Source: an uncultured virus (IMG/VR IMGVR_UViG_3300027973_000046) (taxonomy: Duplodnaviria > Heunggongvirae > Uroviricota > Caudoviricetes). From it: 64,000 bases of DNA. Below, piece by piece: positions 8,137 through 17,259 of the stretch. The stretch spans positions 1-64,000 of IMG/VR virus record IMGVR_UViG_3300027973_000046. The stretch is one strand, 5' to 3'. Made by a program: the position numbers and the translations under genes. Each line of letters opens with the position of its first letter. Positions within the stretch are counted from its first letter, which is position 1. The notes under the pieces were generated by a model, which was not told the origin of the DNA, ran no database searches, and saw only the letters and a program-made list of their open reading frames with translations.

Positions 8137-9935
8137 ATTATCTGCATCCTGTCCATTGCTTCTCTTAAGTCTTCAGGCATTCTTGGTGCCCTAATCATAT
8201 TATAAGATGTCGTATCTGGGTCATCTTTGGTCCCAAAATCATTGTCGTAATTCATAGATTCGTATGTATGAATATTAATTTCTTGATTGCCGTCAAACCT
8301 AGTTCTGCTGATAGAATTGAATATAGCGCCACAAGTAGCGTCCGCCAAGTCTTTAGAGCCTTTTCTAGGGTGGTCAACCTTATCTCTCATAATTCTGAGC
8401 TGGCATAGCTCATCTATAAGTAGCGGTATGTGGGGGCCAATTAATCTTTCTTCAGCAACAACCATTGCCATGTCATCATAATGTTTTTTTGCAACCGACA
8501 AAATCTCTGTGTTAATTCCATATTGCTTTAGCTGCTGCATCATATCGTGGGAGTTCCATCTATCAAATGTGCATATTGCAATATTAAATCCTCTTGTTTT
8601 AAGAGAAAGAATATAATCTTTAACTTCCGTGAAGTCTACGGATTTATCTGGTGTTGGGGTCCAATATCTAACTGCATCAACCTCTACAATTGGAGCGGGC
8701 TGGGAGTAGGTGTCTGTGACTTTTACATTAACCCACTTATTAATATGAGCCATTGTTACTGCACAATGGTCATGCTTTTGAGCTAAGTCTACGTGTATGT
8801 AGTATTTTTTATCTGGGTCTGGGAGGAACCATTCCTCTAGTCTTCCAAAATTATCTACAGCTATCTGACCAACATTGAAAGCTTTCTCTACCTTTTCTCT
8901 TGACTTAAAGAATGCGTCAACTGCGTCTGGTGGCATGCAAGCAAATCTGGATAGTGCATCTGTTGGGTTTGTATAAAATGCAGTTTTAAAATCATCAATC
9001 TTTCTTACTGGGTTTATCTCCCATGTTGGCCTTTTTATTGCATAAACTTTTGGAATCTTATAAGATATTATATGATCTTCTTCCCATTGTATTTCAAACT
9101 CATTGCCCTCTGTTCCGTCTGGGAGCTCTTCATACATCTTAAATTTATGGTCTCTAATTACTGTTTCTTTTTCTCCAATGACAGCATCATATCTTTGCTG
9201 AATATAGTCGTTCTTAAATCTTGGAAAAGAAAGCAATATGACTTTACCAAAGTCTGGGAATCTTGAGTCTACGGATGCCCTATACATATCATAGACTGCG
9301 CTACCAGTTTTTGCTTGATCGTGACCAGTTGTATTTTCAATTGCAAAACCAGAAATCTCATCTAGGATTACAACAATAACGTTATAACCTTCCCACGCTT
9401 CTCTTTCTGAGTGACCTGAGTGTACTGTGATCGCTTTTTGAAACTGTATCTCAGAGGCTTTGGCATAGTATTTACCAATGAACCATGGAGACTTATCTAT
9501 GCGGCTTCTAAAGCCTTTAAAGAATACGTTGCTTGCCTGTTGTGAGTTAATTGCAATATTAATGATATCAATTGAATCGCCAGGTGGCTTTCCATAATAT
9601 GTTGCTGGGTCTTTTAGGCACAATAGCAAATATACTATATACGCAACTGCAATTGTTGAACAATAGTCTTTGCCAGACCCTTTTCCTAACTGTGCAACAA
9701 CTTCATTTGCCGTTTGCTTAAACCTAATTGATCCTTCTTCTTCACCAAATAATTTTTTTAATGTTGATTCTTTATATATTTGCGAGCTTTTCTCTATGAG
9801 GGTATACTGATAATCAGATAAAAGTGGAAGCCCCAGGTAATTTGGGTCATTGACAAATGTTCTTAGGTCTACTGGCTTTTCTTCGAACTCTTCACCATCA
9901 AGAATATCAATTAGATCTGAAAAATCAAACGACAC
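8133..9935 (-). CDS. terL: Terminase large subunit
   Basis: Walker A GKGSGKD, Walker B VVILDE, coupling motif LLSFP, nuclease HVDLAQKHD, DHPRKGSKDLADA. Confidence 0.95.
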   Translation of the reverse strand: MSFDFSDLIDILDGEEFEEKPVDLRTFVNDPNYLGLPLLSDYQYTLIEKSSQIYKESTLKKLFGEEEGSIRFKQTANEVVAQLGKGSGKDYCSTIAVAYIVYLLLCLKDPATYYGKPPGDSIDIINIAINSQQASNVFFKGFRSRIDKSPWFIGKYYAKASEIQFQKAITVHSGHSEREAWEGYNVIVVILDEISGFAIENTTGHDQAKTGSAVYDMYRASVDSRFPDFGKVILLSFPRFKNDYIQQRYDAVIGEKETVIRDHKFKMYEELPDGTEGNEFEIQWEEDHIISYKIPKVYAIKRPTWEINPVRKIDDFKTAFYTNPTDALSRFACMPPDAVDAFFKSREKVEKAFNVGQIAVDNFGRLEEWFLPDPDKKYYIHVDLAQKHDHCAVTMAHINKWVNVKVTDTYSQPAPIVEVDAVRYWTPTPDKSVDFTEVKDYILSLKTRGFNIAICTFDRWNSHDMMQQLKQYGINTEILSVAKKHYDDMAMVVAEERLIGPHIPLLIDELCQLRIMRDKVDHPRKGSKDLADATCGAIFNSISRTRFDGNQEINIHTYESMNYDNDFGTKDDPDTTSYNMIRAPRMPEDLREAMDRMQII

Positions 9936-9938
9936 TGA

Positions 9939-10565
9939 CTACCCCCTGAGATTTTCTAGCGGTGTCTTTCTAAAATTATGCCCCTTAGAAACTTTAACAT
10001 GTTTAAAAAAATGTCCTACTGAAAAATATCTTACATCGCTTAATACTTCGTCTACCCCATGTTTGCATTTTTGTTCTGCACCGTGAATAACAAGGTCGCC
10101 CTTTTCTGGCTTGTACCGCAGGTCATTTTGTTCTGGGTAATAGACTTCCCCGCCTTCAAAATCATTAAAATAAATTATAGTTCCATGAGTAATTAAATCA
10201 GCCAAGTCAAAGTCATCACCTTCTTTATAGATTCCAGCCTCAAGCCGAACTTCTTTAAACTGATCTATGTCTGAATGTGGCCTTCTGCTAGCACCTTTTA
10301 AAAGCTTTGAAGCTCTGCCACCAGGAGTTGCATAACAACCATCTAACATTATTGATGCAATTCTTTTTTTAACTGCTCTTATTGATTCTGTCTGCTCATG
10401 GCTTATAAAATAATCTTTTGCAGTTGCAAGAAAGGGTGGCTGCCAGACATCTTCTGGCAATGAGAGTATATCTTTCATAATTGATTCGCACTCTTCATCT
10501 GACATGAAGTGTTTATAAACAAATATTTCATCGCCTATTTCTATAAAGCCATCTTTATTGAACAT
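9939..10565 (-). CDS. 2OG-Fe(II) oxygenase (prolyl 4-hydroxylase-like)
   Basis: PHSD, IIYFNDFEGGE, P.KGDLVIH, HGV, RY. Confidence 0.88.
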   Translation of the reverse strand: MFNKDGFIEIGDEIFVYKHFMSDEECESIMKDILSLPEDVWQPPFLATAKDYFISHEQTESIRAVKKRIASIMLDGCYATPGGRASKLLKGASRRPHSDIDQFKEVRLEAGIYKEGDDFDLADLITHGTIIYFNDFEGGEVYYPEQNDLRYKPEKGDLVIHGAEQKCKHGVDEVLSDVRYFSVGHFFKHVKVSKGHNFRKTPLENLRG

Positions 10566-11103
10566 TAGTTATAACCTCTGCATCATTTATATTAACCGCT
10601 TCAACGATACCAGTAATCTGAGATAGGCGTTTTGCTACATCCATCTTACATTTTGGACAACCAGAAGTCACTTCTTTTAATATACCAACAAGTAGCTCTT
10701 GCTTTCTTTCTGTCTCTGCAATCTGTGAGGCTATTTGTGAGTTTTCCAATACCCCAACAGACTGTAGCATTGCTATTCTTTTTGTCTCTATATCTGCAAT
10801 TAGCTTAAGAGATGCTGCTTTTATATTTAACTGACCCTGAGTATCTGCATCCTCTACTGTCTTCCACGCTTCTTTGATTAGCATTGCGTAGTGTTGATCA
10901 GCTCCAGAAATTGCCTCTCTTGCACGGTCACGAATATTGCTATCGTTATGTACAACGGACTTCCACTCGTCTAGGTATTCTAGGACTTCTTTTCTTGAGT
11001 ATCCAGTAAGTGTTGCTATCTGGGTTGCTGAATTGCCCTTTAAAAGCTCTTCTACGACCTTATTCATGCGGTCAAAATGTACTGCTGGCTCTAATTCGCT
11101 CAT
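10555..11103 (-). CDS. Putative terminase small subunit (N-terminal HTH, helical)
   Basis: HTH LLKGNSATQIATLTGYSRKEV, coiled helices, CPKC; lies upstream of terL. Confidence 0.6.
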   Translation of the reverse strand: MSELEPAVHFDRMNKVVEELLKGNSATQIATLTGYSRKEVLEYLDEWKSVVHNDSNIRDRAREAISGADQHYAMLIKEAWKTVEDADTQGQLNIKAASLKLIADIETKRIAMLQSVGVLENSQIASQIAETERKQELLVGILKEVTSGCPKCKMDVAKRLSQITGIVEAVNINDAEVITNVQ

Positions 11104-11130
11104 ATGTAAATTATACCACGTTTTAGTTGA

Positions 11131-11457
11131 CTAAGACTTATTGGCTATTTTAAGAAGAATTAAATATCCAATTAGATCATCAATATCATTATCTCCAGGG
11201 AATGCCTTATCATTTTGAATTCTATTTAGCTTGTCATCAATACGTACACGGATCTGTTCTTTTGAGTCCGCCTTTGAAAATATACGAATGGGATCAAGTG
11301 CTGAGTTTCCATATGATATATTTTTCTTTATAAGCATCTCTGCTGTTTCAAGGCACTCCACTATAATCTTAGGGCCTGACGGTGCATCGGTTGCAATTAA
11401 TTGAAGGTCTGTTATCCATGCTTGGTATCCGCCATCTTTATTTGGGTATTCGCTCAT
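11131..11457 (-). CDS. DUF1599 / nucleotide-modification-associated domain protein
   Basis: LIKKNISYGNS, IRVRIDDKLNRI, DDLIGYLIL; start placed at MSEYP (ATGA overlap). Confidence 0.7.
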   Translation of the reverse strand: MSEYPNKDGGYQAWITDLQLIATDAPSGPKIIVECLETAEMLIKKNISYGNSALDPIRIFSKADSKEQIRVRIDDKLNRIQNDKAFPGDNDIDDLIGYLILLKIANKS

Positions 11458-11600
11458 TTTTTTCTTAACAATCCAAACTCTTGTAAATATCTCTGTATGG
11501 TCATAGCAGAGACTCCGCACTCTTTACCTATTTCTGTGACTGTTTTCTTTTGTACTACGTACCTTCTATATAGCCAATCCTTACTCTGATAAAGCTTCAT
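11454..11600 (-). CDS. Small HTH DNA-binding protein (48 aa)
   Basis: Hand translation MKLYQSKDWLYRRYVVQKKTVTEIGKECGVSAMTIQRYLQEFGLLRKK*; ATGA overlaps on both sides. Confidence 0.8.
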   Translation of the reverse strand: MKLYQSKDWLYRRYVVQKKTVTEIGKECGVSAMTIQRYLQEFGLLRKK

Positions 11601-12163
11601 CGCTTAGTAAGCACCTGGTTACTATAATGTGCAATACCAAAACTATCTGCAACATCAAAATCCACAATTTCTAAACCATATTTCTTATTAAAGTAGTCAG
11701 CAGTTCTTTGCTTCCTCATATTTCTTAATTGATTTTTATACCATGAATCTGCGTACCCTGGATTAAGTAATCTTATTGAAGACTTCTCATCTTTTGTAGG
11801 GTTCTTGTTGCCAATGTACGCCTGCCACGAGGATGGGCTAATAGTGATAACCTTAGCACCAGTAGACATAAGCTCAGCAATAACAACTCCATATACATAG
11901 GACAATTTTATCACAGCGTCTGGTGATCTGACAAGTATCGCACCTTCTACAGCAATATAATCACTCTTAAGTTCATCTAACATCATTGCCATTTTATTTT
12001 TTGCATCGTAAATTTTTTCATATATATCTTCGCCAACTAAATTTATTTTTCCCCATTTTAATGGTATGTCGTTTTCCATTAAGCAAAAAGCAATAGAGTT
12101 AGTAGATGCATCTATACCAAGAACCCTATAAGCCTTAGTTTTTACAAGACTAGCTAATTTCAT
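11597..12163 (-). CDS. RuvC-like Holliday junction resolvase
   Basis: VLGIDASTNS, IAVE, ISPSSW, ADSFGIA. Confidence 0.82.
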   Translation of the reverse strand: MKLASLVKTKAYRVLGIDASTNSIAFCLMENDIPLKWGKINLVGEDIYEKIYDAKNKMAMMLDELKSDYIAVEGAILVRSPDAVIKLSYVYGVVIAELMSTGAKVITISPSSWQAYIGNKNPTKDEKSSIRLLNPGYADSWYKNQLRNMRKQRTADYFNKKYGLEIVDFDVADSFGIAHYSNQVLTKR

Positions 12164-12428
12164 CGACTATCCCTTGCAGTAGATTTTTTAGCTTAGCACT
12201 TGATTTTTTAATACAGGATGAGCAAACATCATCTGAGTTGTATCTGCTTAGCTGGGACTTGCATTTTTTGCATAACCTGACGGCACCCTTTTTAATAGCT
12301 TTTTTCTCATAGTATTTTTCCATGATCCTTTTGTTGGTAGCAATTCGACAGCACTCATCTGTGCAATATTTTTGATTGTGTGTCTTTGCTTCAAAATTTT
12401 TTTTACAATCCTCGTTGAAGCAAATCAT
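12150..12428 (-). CDS. Cys-rich zinc-finger protein
   Basis: CFNEDC..QKYCTDECC, CKKC, CSSC. Confidence 0.7.
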   Translation of the reverse strand: MICFNEDCKKNFEAKTHNQKYCTDECCRIATNKRIMEKYYEKKAIKKGAVRLCKKCKSQLSRYNSDDVCSSCIKKSSAKLKNLLQGIVDEIS

Positions 12429-13216
12429 ATTTTAGGCACCTGATACAATTCTATCTGTACAGTTCCAACTGGGCCAGATTTGTCATAACAAGCTTTCTTG
12501 ACTGGGCAATATGTGCAAGGCATCTTAGACTTGGTTGATCCTGCTGGCCTTACTGGAAGATCTCCGTTTTGAAAGTTATCCCAAACTTGCTCCATCCAAG
12601 CAAATGCTTCTTCAATAATTGCTTTATTCTTTTCATTCATTGAAATTGGAATAATCAATATCTCTTGAGTGTTCTTGTTTTCATACAGGAAGAATCCTTC
12701 TTTGGCATTCTTCAACTTCATGTATGTCAATAGCTGAAGCATATGGTTTGCTGATGACTTCATCTCTGACTGTCTTGTATCCCATACTTCTTGTTTTGCC
12801 GTCTTAATTTCACCTATGACAGTTTCACCATCATACTCCATAATTAAATCTATAAAACCCCTAATTGGAGGGTATTCATTTATAATTTCTTCTTCTTCAG
12901 ATTTCCACTCTGGCATTGTTTTAATAAGCTTTTGAAGTCTTTCGTGAGCTTGGGTTCCTTGTGCCATATTAGCTACAGCAACTGCATCATTATCATCAAT
13001 AAATACTGCCCCAGAAAAAGCCATATACCAATATCTTGGACAAGTCCCATGTCCGTATCCCAGAGAACTTGGGCTAAAAGATTTCTTTGTCATTTCGCCA
13101 TCTGCTCTTTTTGTATTTCGGTATGACTCATCTAGCAAAGATGCAAATTTTTCTGGATCAAAAAACTTTCCTGTATGCTTCTTAAACTTAAGATTCTTTA
13201 CAATATCTCTAGCCAT
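12425..13216 (-). CDS. Cas4-like PD-(D/E)XK exonuclease
   Basis: SPSSL..CPRYWY, GTQAHE, RGFID, GEIKT, QLLTY, CTYCPVKKAC (four Cys). Confidence 0.85.
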   Translation of the reverse strand: MARDIVKNLKFKKHTGKFFDPEKFASLLDESYRNTKRADGEMTKKSFSPSSLGYGHGTCPRYWYMAFSGAVFIDDNDAVAVANMAQGTQAHERLQKLIKTMPEWKSEEEEIINEYPPIRGFIDLIMEYDGETVIGEIKTAKQEVWDTRQSEMKSSANHMLQLLTYMKLKNAKEGFFLYENKNTQEILIIPISMNEKNKAIIEEAFAWMEQVWDNFQNGDLPVRPAGSTKSKMPCTYCPVKKACYDKSGPVGTVQIELYQVPKI

Positions 13217-13555
13217 TTATGAGTTGTACCTAACGACATACTTAAGTGCATCTACAAGTTTGTCTATGGACTCCTTTACTGAATAGTAAACATTCTTCTT
13301 ATTGTTATTTACAGTCCCCGCTTTATCTTTAGCAATAGTTGAATACACAGAAGACATTACCGCAAACTTAGTAGACATTGCCTGTAGCTCCATAATAAGC
13401 ATGGGGGCTTTTGCTGAAGGAACATCTGGTGTCATCAATAGCTTTACAACAATAGCCAACGCTTTGTCTAAATGCTCATCTTGCATATACTCATGCAGAT
13501 CATTGAATTCTGTTATATCGCTAATTAATTGAAGTGTGTTCTTATCTTCCGCCAT
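13217..13555 (-). CDS. Hypothetical helical protein
   Basis: Packed in-strand ORF; start placed at MAEDK. Confidence 0.65.
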   Translation of the reverse strand: MAEDKNTLQLISDITEFNDLHEYMQDEHLDKALAIVVKLLMTPDVPSAKAPMLIMELQAMSTKFAVMSSVYSTIAKDKAGTVNNNKKNVYYSVKESIDKLVDALKYVVRYNS

Positions 13556-13646
13556 TTTTAATCCTTTTGTCCCATTTATCAATGAATAATCCAAGCGGAT
13601 ACCCAATAGTAAATCCTAGCATTAATCCTAATAAAAAGATAGTCAT
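13542..13646 (-). CDS. 34-aa single-pass membrane peptide
   Basis: Hand translation MTIFLLGLMLGFTIGYPLGLFIDKWDKRIKNGGR*; ATGA overlap. Confidence 0.6.
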   Translation of the reverse strand: MTIFLLGLMLGFTIGYPLGLFIDKWDKRIKNGGR

Positions 13647-14344
13647 TTATTATCTTCCCTGTAAGTGACACTCATCTTGACATTATCAGACTCATGATAA
13701 CCTAAACTATTTCCTTTTTCATCAACAGCCTTTTTATACATTTTTAGTCTTGGTTTACCCGCTGCAACTGCTGCTTGAATTACATCTAAGTATTCTTGTC
13801 GATCTTGAACTCTTTTATCTGGCGGATATATGTCTGAAAAGATTTCTACATTAGAGTCTTTAAATTGTGATATTGATATGGGAAGAACACATGCAACGTT
13901 TGTCCCAGCTGGTACAAAATACTCTCTGTTTGCCTCATGTAGTTTCCATACAATAGGAAAACTACCAGTAAATACAGATGTTGAGAGTACTGTTGTTATA
14001 ACCTCTGCTCCGTCTATAAACTCATTTGGCACTGGCATGGTAAGCATGCTTACCTCTGGCTCTGTTCTTAATATTAAATTTGTATTGAAGCTAACTGTTC
14101 CTTCTCCACGGCCTGACCAAACATACTGCTTTCCTAAAATTGCTTCTGCTGGGTTTTTTCTGTCTCCGTCCCAAGAGAATGATATGTCTTCATCAAAATA
14201 AATTCCGTATCCTAATGAATTTGCAACTGTTATAGGAGTGCAATTGTATGTCATAGAATGCATCCAGTCACGCTTTGGACCAAGCGGCCTTATTTTTGCA
14301 GATACCAGTCTTTCATTATCCTTATATCCCTCTACCTTATACAT
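13643..14344 (-). CDS. DUF6065-like protein
   Basis: RDWM..TYNCTPITVANSLGYG, MPVPNEF, YKKAVDEKGNSLGYH; paralogous to 61570-62980. Confidence 0.65.
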   Translation of the reverse strand: MYKVEGYKDNERLVSAKIRPLGPKRDWMHSMTYNCTPITVANSLGYGIYFDEDISFSWDGDRKNPAEAILGKQYVWSGRGEGTVSFNTNLILRTEPEVSMLTMPVPNEFIDGAEVITTVLSTSVFTGSFPIVWKLHEANREYFVPAGTNVACVLPISISQFKDSNVEIFSDIYPPDKRVQDRQEYLDVIQAAVAAGKPRLKMYKKAVDEKGNSLGYHESDNVKMSVTYREDNK

Positions 14345-14654
14345 TATTTGCCTCCCAAAACTCAATAAGTTCTTCTAAAATTGCCCACTCTATAACTCCA
14401 AGCCTTACCTTTGACTCTGTTCCTATAATAATCTTTAGCGCTGGATACATATCTCTATTCACCTTAAATGTGTCAGTGCATATTTTTGACCAAACATCTT
14501 TATTAAGAGTAAATGATTTTGAAGCCTCTTTATAATCAACAAGGAACTGATTCCACTGTGCATCTCCTTTTTGATAGTCTCCCCTGCCACTATTTTTTTG
14601 AGCTTTAGCGCCGTCTCTTTTAACTTCTGATCTTTCTGACAAGTCAATCACCAA
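14337..14654 (-). CDS. Restriction-endonuclease-fold (Hjc-like) resolvase
   Basis: KNSGRG..KGDA..LVDYKE..SFTL. Confidence 0.65.
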   Translation of the reverse strand: MVIDLSERSEVKRDGAKAQKNSGRGDYQKGDAQWNQFLVDYKEASKSFTLNKDVWSKICTDTFKVNRDMYPALKIIIGTESKVRLGVIEWAILEELIEFWEANNV

Positions 14655-15444
14655 CTATAACTTCTTCTGCAGAGGAAACTGTTATCATCTGTAAATCATT
14701 TGAAACATAATCGTCTTCATGCTGCTGTACTTCTTTGTCTCTGCCAGCATAACTTAGTCTATATTTAGAAACCCATTCCTCTTCGGAATCCATTCTATAA
14801 TCTATGAATGATCTTAGGAAGTATCTATCGGAGCCCTCAAATCCTTTTACCGCATGATAGAAAGGCTCTGTAGATGGCATTACAACTGCATCTCCTGGCT
14901 GTGGCTTATACGTGTAGCTTTTATTTGATATAGAGTCATATGCAGAGATCTCTCCACCGCTATATTCATTGTTTAGATAAAAGTTAATTGTCAAAACATG
15001 TCTTCTTGTCTTAGCCTCATTCACTACTGGGAACTCGTCTACGTGGTATTCCATTAGTAGATTTTTATCAGAGTAATGGTTTTGCTCCTTTACGTACCTA
15101 AAATAGTCTAGATAGAATACGTCCTGTGGCTTTTTTAAGTCCTCCCAGTTATTAATAAAACTAGGCCAGACTCCTTTGTCTTTTTCAAAATCATCAAAGT
15201 AATCTTTTCTTATAAAATTTACAATATCGCAAACATCTTTTAGATACAAGGATTCTTGTGTGTCTGTGTATTTTTTATTTAAATCAAAGACTACATCTTT
15301 TCTAAATCCCTGCTGGTACCACTGTCTCCATGGATCAAAAATAGAATCTTCTTTGTCTACTTCAAGAAGATCTATAAGCTCTTGAGAATTTTTAAAAATG
15401 TTTTTATAGACAACAATTTGAGGAGCAACAATAATCTTATCCAT
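14644..15444 (-). CDS. 2OG-Fe(II) oxygenase (P4H-like)
   Basis: YHVD, FYLNNEYSGGEI, PGDAVVMPS, YHAV, DRY. Confidence 0.88.
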   Translation of the reverse strand: MDKIIVAPQIVVYKNIFKNSQELIDLLEVDKEDSIFDPWRQWYQQGFRKDVVFDLNKKYTDTQESLYLKDVCDIVNFIRKDYFDDFEKDKGVWPSFINNWEDLKKPQDVFYLDYFRYVKEQNHYSDKNLLMEYHVDEFPVVNEAKTRRHVLTINFYLNNEYSGGEISAYDSISNKSYTYKPQPGDAVVMPSTEPFYHAVKGFEGSDRYFLRSFIDYRMDSEEEWVSKYRLSYAGRDKEVQQHEDDYVSNDLQMITVSSAEEVIVGD

Positions 15445-15451
15445 TTTTATA

Positions 15452-15643
15452 TCATCCAATCCTATGAACTGTCTCATGCCCAGACGGGCATGTCCACTTC
15501 ATTATTAAATTTTCAGGATCCCACAACCCACCATCTACATCAATATCACACTTAGAGCATGGCCTTAAACCAGGAAGGTTTTCAAATGTAGAATTGATTT
15601 CCTTTGGCTCTTCTTTATTTAAAAATTCATTAAGATTTGGCAC
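15452..15643 (-). CDS. Zinc-ribbon protein
   Basis: CSKC...WTCPSGH. Confidence 0.65.
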   Translation of the reverse strand: MPNLNEFLNKEEPKEINSTFENLPGLRPCSKCDIDVDGGLWDPENLIMKWTCPSGHETVHRIG

Positions 15644-16634
15644 TGATATCCTCGATTAGCTTTTTAACAACATCTGGATTATCTCTTAGATAGGATACAG
15701 CCTTTGCACGACCTTGAAGTCTTTCTCCATTAACAGTATACCAAGCTCCACCTTTTTCAATTGCTCCAACCATCTCTGCAACATCCAGGGTCTCTCCAAC
15801 TAAATCTACTCCAAGTGATTCTCCTTGATAGTAGAAGTCGTATTGTCCAGATAAGTTAGGGGGGCCGAGCTTGTTGTAATCAATAATCCAATTGACTGGT
15901 CTGCCAACCCTTTGTTCAATAATCTTGTCACCAACTTTAATGCCAGCTTTGATAGCATTAGCTTCAGCCTCAGAAGACCAAAGCTTAATGACGGTGGAAG
16001 AGAAGAACTTGACTGCCATTCCTCCTGTCGGTATGTGGGAGGCATGCATAGATCCAAACTGATTTCTCTGTTGTGAGATGAGTACCAATAATGTGTTCTT
16101 GTTTGCATAGTTTAACATCTTGACTGCGTGAGTCATATCCTTTGCTTCTGCGCCGATTTGCTTTGTGTCTTGCAAATCTTTCATTTCATTTCCATCTTTT
16201 TCAAAATAAATAGCTGGAAGCAGGGCGGATATAGAATCAACTACAATAATATCAACACCAGCATCCATCAATTTAGTAGCAACATCAACCATATCATTAA
16301 CTGTTTTGGCTGGTGAATAGATAAGGGAAGAAGAATCTACTCCTAGCATCTCTGCCCAAGCCTGATCGTAAGACGCCTCAGCATCAATCCACGCACAAGT
16401 CTTTCCTTCTTTTTGTGCAAGAGCAATCATCTGTAAACAAAACGAAGATTTTCCTGCCGACTTATTGCCCCAAACAAGAACCTGTCTACCATAACCAAGT
16501 CCACCTTTTAATGCCATGTTAAGGCCTATGCTAGGTGTCTTTTGCTTTTCAACTTTTACATCTTGTGCAGCTTTTACTCTTGCTCTTGTTTTTGGATCTA
16601 ATGCAGCTAAGATATCATCTATTGCTATAGTCAT
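15630..16634 (-). CDS. recA: RecA-like recombinase
   Basis: GNKSAGKS, WIDAE, IIVVDSI, ISQ, PTGG.A.KF, KGGAWY..QGR. Confidence 0.95.
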   Translation of the reverse strand: MTIAIDDILAALDPKTRARVKAAQDVKVEKQKTPSIGLNMALKGGLGYGRQVLVWGNKSAGKSSFCLQMIALAQKEGKTCAWIDAEASYDQAWAEMLGVDSSSLIYSPAKTVNDMVDVATKLMDAGVDIIVVDSISALLPAIYFEKDGNEMKDLQDTKQIGAEAKDMTHAVKMLNYANKNTLLVLISQQRNQFGSMHASHIPTGGMAVKFFSSTVIKLWSSEAEANAIKAGIKVGDKIIEQRVGRPVNWIIDYNKLGPPNLSGQYDFYYQGESLGVDLVGETLDVAEMVGAIEKGGAWYTVNGERLQGRAKAVSYLRDNPDVVKKLIEDISAKS

Positions 16635-16664
16635 TTATTCTCTTTCTTTTATACAATTATATCA

Positions 16665-17054
16665 TTAAAATAAATTGCCGTGAAGCCTTGGTCTTTCTTT
16701 ATTTTTTTCCATTTTATTAAATAAGACTTCATCCAAGCTATGTTCTACAAAACCACCATTACGCATTGATGCATATAAATCAAGAGTTCTAATTAATATG
16801 TCAACCATTTCTTCTACAATTTCTTCCGAGCCTTTGTTTTTTCTCATTGCCTCAAGAACTTCGGTTACTTCGGAATGAATTAATGCCAACTTGTTTCCAA
16901 AGACATCAAAGTTTTTTGGCTTATCCCAAAAACCCTTTTCAATAGCAGTTTCATGTAGCAGTGCGGAAAGAACATCTAGCCCATAATCTGTTGCTAATTC
17001 TACGTCTTTATTCAAAGCTTTCAATGAGCTGGTCGTTATTAAAACCTGATTCAT
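16665..17054 (-). CDS. MazG-like NTP pyrophosphohydrolase
   Basis: LALIHSEVTEVLE, EEMVDILIR, KMEKNKERP. Confidence 0.85.
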   Translation of the reverse strand: MNQVLITTSSLKALNKDVELATDYGLDVLSALLHETAIEKGFWDKPKNFDVFGNKLALIHSEVTEVLEAMRKNKGSEEIVEEMVDILIRTLDLYASMRNGGFVEHSLDEVLFNKMEKNKERPRLHGNLF

Positions 17055-17259
17055 TTTTTCCTTTTAGTGAAAATGTAAATGTCTGATTATCTGAATTGTA
17101 ATCAACCTTTAGCTCTTGATCTTCTGTAGCAGCATTTAAGAATAAATCTGTTGATACTGTTATGGTACCAAGAGTTTCAAGAGATGCTATTAAAATTTTA
17201 GGTACGCTTAAAGCACCAAATACTTCTTCTGCTGTACTTACTTTAATCTCTTCTGTCAT
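17008..17259 (-). CDS. Hypothetical protein
   Basis: In-strand ORF with ATGA coupling to the dnaE stop. Confidence 0.6.
   Translation of the reverse strand: MTEEIKVSTAEEVFGALSVPKILIASLETLGTITVSTDLFLNAATEDQELKVDYNSDNQTFTFSLKGKNESGFNNDQLIESFE

Noticed and set aside
12425..13216. Cas4-like gene as evidence of CRISPR-Cas
   Set aside because: No repeat-spacer array and no cas1/cas2 seen; solo Cas4-like nucleases are common in phage recombination modules.
13542..13646. Small membrane peptide as a holin
   Set aside because: It lies more than 11 kb from the CHAP lysin within the recombination block, and nothing beyond hydrophobicity supports the call.
9939..15444. Oxygenases as TET/JBP DNA-modifying enzymes
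   Set aside because: Their motifs (YxNDxxxGGE, P..G.xxxFPS) fit the P4H-like class; no adjacent DNA methyltransferase or glycosyltransferase is in the window.
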